From Octopus vulgaris (taxonomy: Eukaryota): a stretch of 64,000 bases of DNA. Position numbers and translations under genes: made by a program. Location: NCBI GenBank assembly GCA_951406725.2, contig OX597822.1, positions 44,454,001-44,518,000 on the forward strand. Direction: 5' to 3'. The notes beneath the pieces were generated by a model. The model did not search any database and was not told the origin of the DNA. It worked only from the letters and a program-made list of their open reading frames with translations. Below, in pieces: positions 55,419-64,000 of the stretch. Every line of letters starts with the position of its first letter. The first letter of the stretch is position 1.

Positions 55419-56368
55419 GACAGACAGGCAGACAGAGAGAGGGAGAGAGACAGAGATAGAAGGAAAGACCCAAAACAGTAGCGGAAGCATTAGAAACAAG
55501 TGCAACGATTGCAACAGCAACATTAACAACAAGAAGAAACATTAATAGAACGAAACCAAGATTGAAATGCACTCGTACACAATAATTCAATTATAGACCC
55601 ATCATCATTATCATCATCATCATCATCATCAGTATTACCATCAACAGCGGCAGCATCAACAGCACCACCATCACCATCGTCATCATTACAACAAGCGTTG
55701 CCATCTACGTCACCACCACTCTCATCAATTTCGTGACTACCATCCGCTTCCTCCTCTTCCTCATCATCATCGTCATCGTCGTCGACATCCTCATCGCCGC
55801 CGCCACCACCACCGCCACCACCACCACCACCATCATCACCATCATCATCACTGGGGTAGCAACAGCAGTATTATTAAAAGCAACAGCAACAGCAACAACA
55901 ACAACAATCACGCCAAGTGATTATATTTTAATCTAAGAAATGTTATCTGCACTAATTAGCTATCCCAGAATGCACTGGCACCGCTCTATGGCTCCAAACT
56001 AATCAGCAATTCTATTCTAACAGCCCCAACAGCAGCAGCAGCAGCAGCAGCAGCAGATGATAATGGAATGGCGACAGTAACATCGCAATTATCATTATCA
56101 CCATCATCAGTGTCTTCATTGGGACTATCACCATCATCATCATCATAATCATCGTCATCGTTGTCATCATCATCGTCATCATAATCATCATTGTCATCAT
56201 AATCATCATCACCATCATCGTTAACATCGTCGGCATCATCATCATGATCATCATTATCTTTATCATCACCATCACGCATATTATTGTTGTTGATGTTGTA
56301 CCGCATGGTCTTAGTTTACTAAACCAATTGTCTCACTTTCTGGGACTGTAATTTTACTATTAAATGAA

Positions 56369-56410
<42 letters not shown>

Positions 56411-56525
56411 GCAGTGCATGCCATCAAAGTGACACTGGGGTATAAATATGTGAAGACCAGTGTACCCATCATGACTACCCGTCTGATAAGTGTACACCAG
56501 GCACATGCATCATAACCATATGTGC
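56411..56525 (-). mobile_element. Second copy of the LINE-like 3' end
   Basis: Its reverse complement matches 39385-39500. Confidence 0.55.
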
Positions 56526-56901
56526 TAAGCATTTCGCCCGGCGTGCTCACGTTTCTGCCAGCTCACCGTCTTACAGAACTGATTGTAACTTCAATCAATT
56601 GTATTAATAACGGTTTCAAAGTTTGCCACAAGAGTAGCCATTTTGGTGGGGTGGGGATGAGTCAATTACATCTACCCCAGTGTTTTACTGGTACTTAATT
56701 ATCATGCCAGCCATATGAGAACGTTAGCACTCGTTTCTATTTGAAGTACCAACGTTTCCACATGGTAGATTTGATAACCGTATAACTGTAAAGAGGTTTT
56801 TGTTTCACATGAAACTATTGGTAGACTTGCTAACCTAAAAATGAATCATATTTATCCCTTAATGCGGTGTTGAGGACTGATTCCCACTGTTCGATATTAA
56901 C

Positions 56902-56970
<69 letters not shown>

Positions 56971-56987
56971 CATATACATATATATAC

Positions 56988-57032
<45 letters not shown>

Positions 57033-57240
57033 CATACATTTATATATATATATATGTTAAATTTCTTTTTCCCCTTTCCTCAATTTAAAAAAAAAATTTT
57101 CCCTTCCAAATCTTGAAAATTTGCCTTGCAATAAAAACTGGTTTGATTTATTATTTTTACTTTCTTAATTTCTTCATACACCCATTTTTATTAAAATTTA
57201 CTTTCAATTTAGCATTCTGCCTTATTATAATTTTTCCTCT

Positions 57241-57275
<35 letters not shown>

Positions 57276-57277
<2 letters not shown>

Positions 57278-57691
57278 GAGAAAGAAGCAACAAGAATGGA
57301 TTGGTTTTTAGTACAATTGTTTCATACAAAGACAGGCTTTATTACAAGTTACAAAAATTGCAGCAGATAAAAGTGTCCCGTACTCATCAGCTAAAATACA
57401 TTTGAGTTCTCTAGACATCTTAGTGGGTGAGGTTATACTCATGAGATATTGGAGATAGTTCCAATATCTTGGAAAACTGTTTACAACCTATATCTGCCTC
57501 TAATGGAACTATCTCCAATATCTCATGAGTATAACCTCACCCACTAAGATGTCTAGAGAACTCAAATGTATTTTAGCTGATGAGTACGGGACACTTTTAT
57601 CTGCTGCAATTTTTGCAACTTGTAATAAAGCCTGTCTTTGTATGAAACAATTGTACTAAAAACCAATCCATTCTTGTTGCTTCTTTCTCGT
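57276..57691. repeat. Near-perfect inverted repeat (188-bp arms, 40-bp spacer) in an element inserted in (TA)n
   Basis: Arms are 57276-57463 and 57504-57691, with one mismatch seen. The right side continues unpaired to (TA)n at about 57810. Confidence 0.95.
57571..57661 (+). ncRNA. Type I HHR with extended stem II; mirror copy on the minus strand at 57306-57396
   Basis: ttttag-CTGATGA-gtacgggaca...tgtctttgtat-GAAA-caattg-TA^ctaaaa. The core is canonical and stem III is the palindrome ACAATTGT. Confidence 0.85.
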
Positions 57692-57809
57692 TTATAATCA
57701 CCCCACATTACTGTATGGATAACACCATATAGTTTTTCTGGTGCATCTAAGTTAAGTACCACATTCAAGTAAATTCATTGGAAGTTACTTGAATCTTAAT
57801 TGCTTTGAT

Positions 57810-57841
<32 letters not shown>

Positions 57842-58483
57842 CATATACATAATGAGTGTATGTTCGAAAAAGAAGTCCTATCCTATGATCGTGATTTATG
57901 CGAATTACAGGACAAACTTTATTTATTCCATATACCAAAATATTCGAAGTATTACGCAAGCAGCAAACGACATCAAAACCAATATGACATGCGCAGAGAA
58001 AATCGGCTCGATGAAAATATATCGGCTGCTTTATTCAAATAATTCAATGAAAAGTTGACAGGCGAGAGAGTCTCATGGTGATTGCTAATATGTGGTGTGT
58101 AGATGTCTAATAAATATTGTTTTATTAATAATATGTAAGCTACCAAAGTATCTATCGAAAATTACGATAGAAAACCCATACTCCTCGGTATTATGAGAGC
58201 TGTCAAGATGTATTTTAGTATTTTAACAAACGAAGTTAGCCGCTGTATTCATATCGTCCATTATATGTATATTCAACAAGTAAATGATTGCTGCCAGAGT
58301 AAAATTTGTTATCTCTTCCTCGTGTGTTACACGACATTAGTTGTAAAACATTTTTTCTTCTTATCTACTAAGGCAATTTGCAATTATGTATCATGACATC
58401 CGAGGTACACACGTTAGACAGATAGTTTCGCAATAAAGTTATCTCGTTCAACTTGACAATGTCTTTTATGTATTACTTTGAGC

Positions 58484-58578
58484 TGCAGACGTGGCTATGT
58501 GGTAAGTAGCTTGCTTCCCAACCACCTGGTTCCGTGTTCAGTCCCACTGCATGGCACCTTTGGCAAGTATCTTCTATA
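58484..58578 (+). mobile_element. SINE family 1 head
   Basis: tRNA-like head only. Confidence 0.75.
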
Positions 58579-59224
58579 GATTACCAATCTAAGTGAGAAT
58601 GGGAGGATAAAGACATAAATGTTATTAATTGTGAAACTCAGAGTAATGCATCTAGTCTACATTGAACCACTTAAGCGAGAATCTCTGAGAAACGGCAAAG
58701 TGAATATTTCAACATCAACCATGTGCGTTTGCATGTATGTAAGGTATATATTCGTACAGGCAAAGAGGACGAAAATCTGGGTTTTCTTATTTTCTTTTCT
58801 TTTTCTCCTTCCATTTTTTGTATGAATATTCTTCACGTATTTTCGTTCTCGTTTTTTTCCTCATGTTTCCTCGTTGACCAGCGTCCGACCTTTGAAATGC
58901 ATCTATCACTATGCACTGAGCTTGAAAGATTGCTTGGAGATACACGGAATGTTATATAAATCAGCCAATTTGTTATATTTCTGAAGCATGTAACTATAAC
59001 TATTAGAGGCTGTTTTGTAAATAGTGTATCTGAAATTTAATGTGTATACGTGCACGTCTGTGTGTGTGTGTGCATATACATGTGCTTAAACATCTTTAAA
59101 ATTGCATTTTCAAACCTTCTTTCATATATATTTCCATTCATGCGGTACCTTACAACTTTACTTTGTTTTATATATATATATACCTTGACTTTTTTCCATT
59201 CGCCATGATAGATCGGTAGCCACA

Positions 59225-59376
59225 ACACACATTCTTTTTTTCTCCTTGTTTCTTTCTGTGGAAGACCGTAGACTCGAAACGTTAAAGACTTTTTCAATTC
59301 CCGAGCGTTATACTAATACATCCGTTTGTTTTCTACACCACCTGTCTTCGTCTTTTGTTGTTTTTTTGTGAATTCT

Positions 59377-59380
<4 letters not shown>
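59225..59380 (+). mobile_element. Family A short HHR-bearing element (HHR at 59251-59288)
   Basis: tcttt-CTGTGGA-A-gaccgtagactc-GAAAC-GTT^aaaga plus the family tail, ending at (TA)n. Confidence 0.7.
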
Positions 59381-59439
<59 letters not shown>

Positions 59440-59531
59440 TATGTATATATACATATACATAAATACATAAGCAAAAATATGTTTTCTATACATATAATGA
59501 TAATTATGATAATAATAATAATAATAATAAT

Positions 59532-59627
<96 letters not shown>

Positions 59628-59639
59628 CGACGGAGAGCC

Positions 59640-61030
59640 ACGATATATTGAACAAGTGTTCGATAAAGTAAACTTACTTTATTTGATCATTGGAAAATTT
59701 AATATGGTGACCTCAAAAATAATTTGATGATATGGAATGCGGGACGCTATATATGGTATGATATTCTGTTCTTGTGTTCTTTGATCTAAGTTGGTTATAG
59801 GTATTTGTTGTGATTCTCTACTTCGGGGCCTGCATTCTTTGTTTTTTGAATAGAAACCCTTTGAGTTCTGTGATTGTGACATCATCTACAATAACAACAA
59901 CAACAACAGTACAAAATATGATGGCTTGATACTATTAGATATTAACCTTGTATACGCTGAATGGCATGTGTTAATATTCAGCTACTGTTGTGTTTCTATG
60001 TCTTTATAATATTTATTTGTTGTGATCTTAGTATCATTTTTGTCTACCAATATATCAAAATGACCATTTTGTTTTGTTCTTGGTGAACTTTGGAGCTGGG
60101 TGTAGAATGTTGATCAGGACGCCAAATTCTTCCAAAATAACTGTTGCTTTTTTCCAAATTTTTTTCCAGACAATCGTCAAAATATCTTTTACGTGCGCCC
60201 TCTATTGCCTAAAATCAGCACCACAGATTTTCTCTACTTTCGGTAAATATTTTCTTCCAAGAATCCCATTACCGATTTTGCATATACGGGAGCAAACGTG
60301 GTTCCCACAGCCGTGCCTCTAATTTGATAATTATTTTTCCCCTTGGAAAAATAAAGTGTTAATCAAAAGGAAAATGATGACAGCGACTAATATAAAATCT
60401 ATGGAGAATCAACAGGAAATCAGCTCTCTATATTTATCGAGGGAATATTTGAATGAAATTATTCCGATAATTTGTCGAATAATTTTGTAGATCAGAATTA
60501 TTAATTTGATTACAAAAATGTAACCAAAAACGAATTCGTTTATCTTGTTTTGGGTAGATAAAACATAAAATTAATAACATCCCAAATGAAACTCATTAAA
60601 TGGGTGCACAGTGAGTTATGGTTCGGCCTTGTTGGCGCAGCTATGATAAGTCTAAGCTCTTGATTCTTTAGATGTAATAATTAGATGTAATAATTGGTTG
60701 CAATAATTAGATGTAATATTTTAGTTTTCAATACTTTGTTCCTTTACTACACTTTGTGTTAACTTTGATTTGTGTAATTTTGATACACTATAAAATTTGC
60801 TGGAGTTTGATTAAAAATTGGCAATACCATCACTATCATTAGTGGTGAGATATGTTGTTTCGAAACCAGCCTACAGAGCCTCTTCATAATGTGATAATCT
60901 GTATTTGTATGTATTTAGCAGTAAAATGTTGTAGCATTCAAATGATCTTCGGCTAAAGCCCTATAATATTTAGAATTCGAGCAAAAACTTGTATTAGAGT
61001 TTTAGAGACGTCCAAGTTCAGATTTATGTG
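59640..61030 (-). pseudogene. Decayed Penelope-like element reverse transcriptase
   Basis: Manual minus-strand translation across frameshifts gives YQIRGTAVGTTFAPVYAKSVMGFLEENIY (60329-60243), KRYFDDC (about 60190-60170), IWKKATVILEEFGVLINILHPAPKFT, FDILVDKNDTKITTNKYYKDIETQQ*LNINTCH, and QIPITNLDQRTQEQNIIPYIASR. The motif order matches PLE RT (GxAMGxxxAP, YxDD, thumb YxKxTxxxQYL..SCH). The 5' limit is approximate. Confidence 0.8.
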
Positions 61031-61899
61031 ATTTGGTGGTGTTTGGTCTATAAAGATGACGAGCTGGAAGAATCGATAGCACGCCGGCTAAAATGCTTAG
61101 CGCCTTTCTGTGTGTCTTTCAAATTTGCCGACGTCGACTTTGCCTCTCATCCTTTCGGAGTCGATAAAATAAGTACCGCTTGAGCAGCGAGGAAGATAGA
61201 ATCGCCATAACCTTGACCGGAAAGTGCCGGTATTCTGCCAAAATTTGAAAACAATGTATAGTTTAAGATTAGTATTTTGTTTTTGTGCGCATTTGAAAAG
61301 GCTGTCAATGGAATGGTCTCGATGTGCATTTCCTTCATTTGATGGTGTGTTTTATGATTTGTTCCTCATAAAGGATTCTCCAGCCTCGAGCAGTTTTACT
61401 AAAAAAACTAGCAGCATTGGCAATATCATTAGCATGGATTTTAATTAAATTTCATTTAGAAATATTTAAGACAGGAAAACTATTTATAATATCAGATGAA
61501 TTTCAATGAATCAGATGCATCTGCCGCAAGGCAAATCCTCCGCCGCCGCCGTCTCTGATTGATTAAAATGTTTCTATGAATAAGCGCTGTTGATGTCAAC
61601 TATGTTATCACATTAATCAAAGTGTGGCGTCTAAGACGCAGGCTGATTAGTTAAAATAGCTTTCGGAAGCTCTATCTTGTTGGAGCCTGTCAGAAAGTCT
61701 TTAAAGGAAAAATTCAACCATTTCACAAGAATTATCAATTGCGAAGCACATTAGCTGCTAGTTGATGATACAACATAAATATCTAGCCAAAGATTCGTTA
61801 CAAAACATGAAAGTAATTGTAAAATTGTAAAAGTACATAAATAAGGCGAAGAAACCAAACAATCCTGAATTAGTGGTGTCTAATATACACACACCCATA

Positions 61900-61959
<60 letters not shown>

Positions 61960-62100
61960 CATACACAGAGACAGAGAAAGCAATATAGGCCTTCCAACTC
62001 AAGCATCATCATTGGCCTTCTTACACCTTTAAAAATAATTTCAACGCTCCACACTCATTCATTAACTCCCGAATTCTCTCTCTCTCTCTGTCTCTCTCTT

Positions 62101-62148
<48 letters not shown>

Positions 62149-62428
62149 GCACACGCACACACACACACTCAGTCAGAGTCAAACACCAACATATTCAGTC
62201 GCCCACTCCTAATATGTATTGACATAAATCCTTCTTTTCCGTTGATTGATCTTAGATTAGCCATTTTATTATTTTATAGAGTGTATGTATCGGTGTATGC
62301 ACGCGTACATATATAAGCGTGTGTGTGTGTGTGTGTGTGAGGCTGGGTGGTTGTGTGTGTATATATGTATGTATGCATGTATATATATATATGTATATAT
62401 ATATACATATATATATATATATAAATAA

Positions 62429-62461
<33 letters not shown>

Positions 62462-62473
62462 AATATATATATG

Positions 62474-62525
<52 letters not shown>

Positions 62526-62529
62526 CATA

Positions 62530-62577
<48 letters not shown>

Positions 62578-62892
62578 TATATATGTGTATATATATGTAT
62601 ATATATATAAATATACATACATATATATATATAACGACTCTTTCATGTTTTCATTTGTGTATGTATATAGGTATTTATATTTTGATTTTCGTTTAATCCT
62701 TTTAAATCACATGAAAATTATTTCCTTTCGACTTCAAACGAAACTAATTTAGAATATTTTTTTTTTCGGCTTCATCTCCCTTCCTTCTTCACTTTATTGT
62801 ATAACAAAATTCTTATTTATTCATCTACTTATTTATTTTTTCATCGCATTATTAGTTATTATTATTATTACTATTATTGCTATTATTATCCC

Positions 62893-62959
<67 letters not shown>

Positions 62960-63337
62960 GTTATTATTGTTGTTGTTGTTGGCCTTAATATTATTAGTAT
63001 CATTACCATTTTTAATACTGTTGCGCTTTCCTGTGTTGTTCTTTTTACCGATGTCATCATCGTTGTTGCTGTTGTTGTTGTTGTTGTTATTGTTGATGAT
63101 GTTGTTGTTAGTGTAACAGTCTACTTTTTTTTAAAAAATACTTTGTGTTTCCCTGATGCTATTTTTAATGCGCCTTTGCGCTTTTTTGTGGGTTAAAACT
63201 TTACTTCTTGTTACAGTACTTGTTGATGTTGTTGTCCTTGTTGTCCTTGTTGCATTTTGTTGATGTTGTTGTCCTTGTTGTCCTTGTTGCATTTTCTGTT
63301 GTTGTTGTTGTTGTCGTTCTGTTCTCTTCTTCTTCTC

Positions 63338-63592
<255 letters not shown>

Positions 63593-63804
63593 ATTGTCAT
63601 CATCAGCAACATATGCATCATCACTTTTCGCTTCCTTGTTTCTCAATTCTCCTTTTTTTTAAAAAAAAAATATCAAAATGTGTTATTTTCTAGATTTGAT
63701 TGTTGTAACACTCTTGTGGGGGTTGTTATTGCCGTAAACGATGTTTTGATGTTACGTATATATGCAAATACACACACATATATATATACACACACACATA
63801 TATG

Positions 63805-63861
<57 letters not shown>

Positions 63862-64000
63862 CCATATATATATATACAGATACATATGCACATACAAACA
63901 TTCGTACATACTCACACATCCATAGATACACACATACATACACATACATACATACACTACATGCACACATACACACATACTCCTATTTTCTCTCGTTCCG

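Overview
Eukaryotic, very AT-rich and microsatellite-saturated DNA with no supportable host protein-coding exon. Almost all ORFs in the supplied track are translations of simple repeats. The SINE families resemble, from recognition only and with no database search, the tRNA-derived SINEs of octopus, so the source is probably a cephalopod. Recognisable content: two abundant SINE families; decayed DNA transposons (mariner, DD37D/maT, a hAT MITE with an 8-bp TSD, a Helentron-like element); L1/Tx1-like and CR1/L2-like LINE remnants; and a decayed Penelope-like reverse transcriptase (about 59640-61030, minus strand). The main result is a dense, diverse population of type I hammerhead ribozyme (HHR) motifs: about 19 loci found by eye, roughly half intact or with plausible core variants and the rest degenerate. 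They belong to many unrelated short elements that mostly abut or sit inside (TA)n tracts. Several form long near-perfect palindromes (33078-33230, 45557-45977, 51652-51871, 57276-57691), three of which carry the complete ribozyme on both strands. Many have a self-complementary loopless stem III of the dimer-dependent type. Several carry unusual cores: a G3:C8 swap in two unrelated elements, U4C, and A6U with an extra A after A9. All HHR folds were derived by hand and none has been tested for activity.
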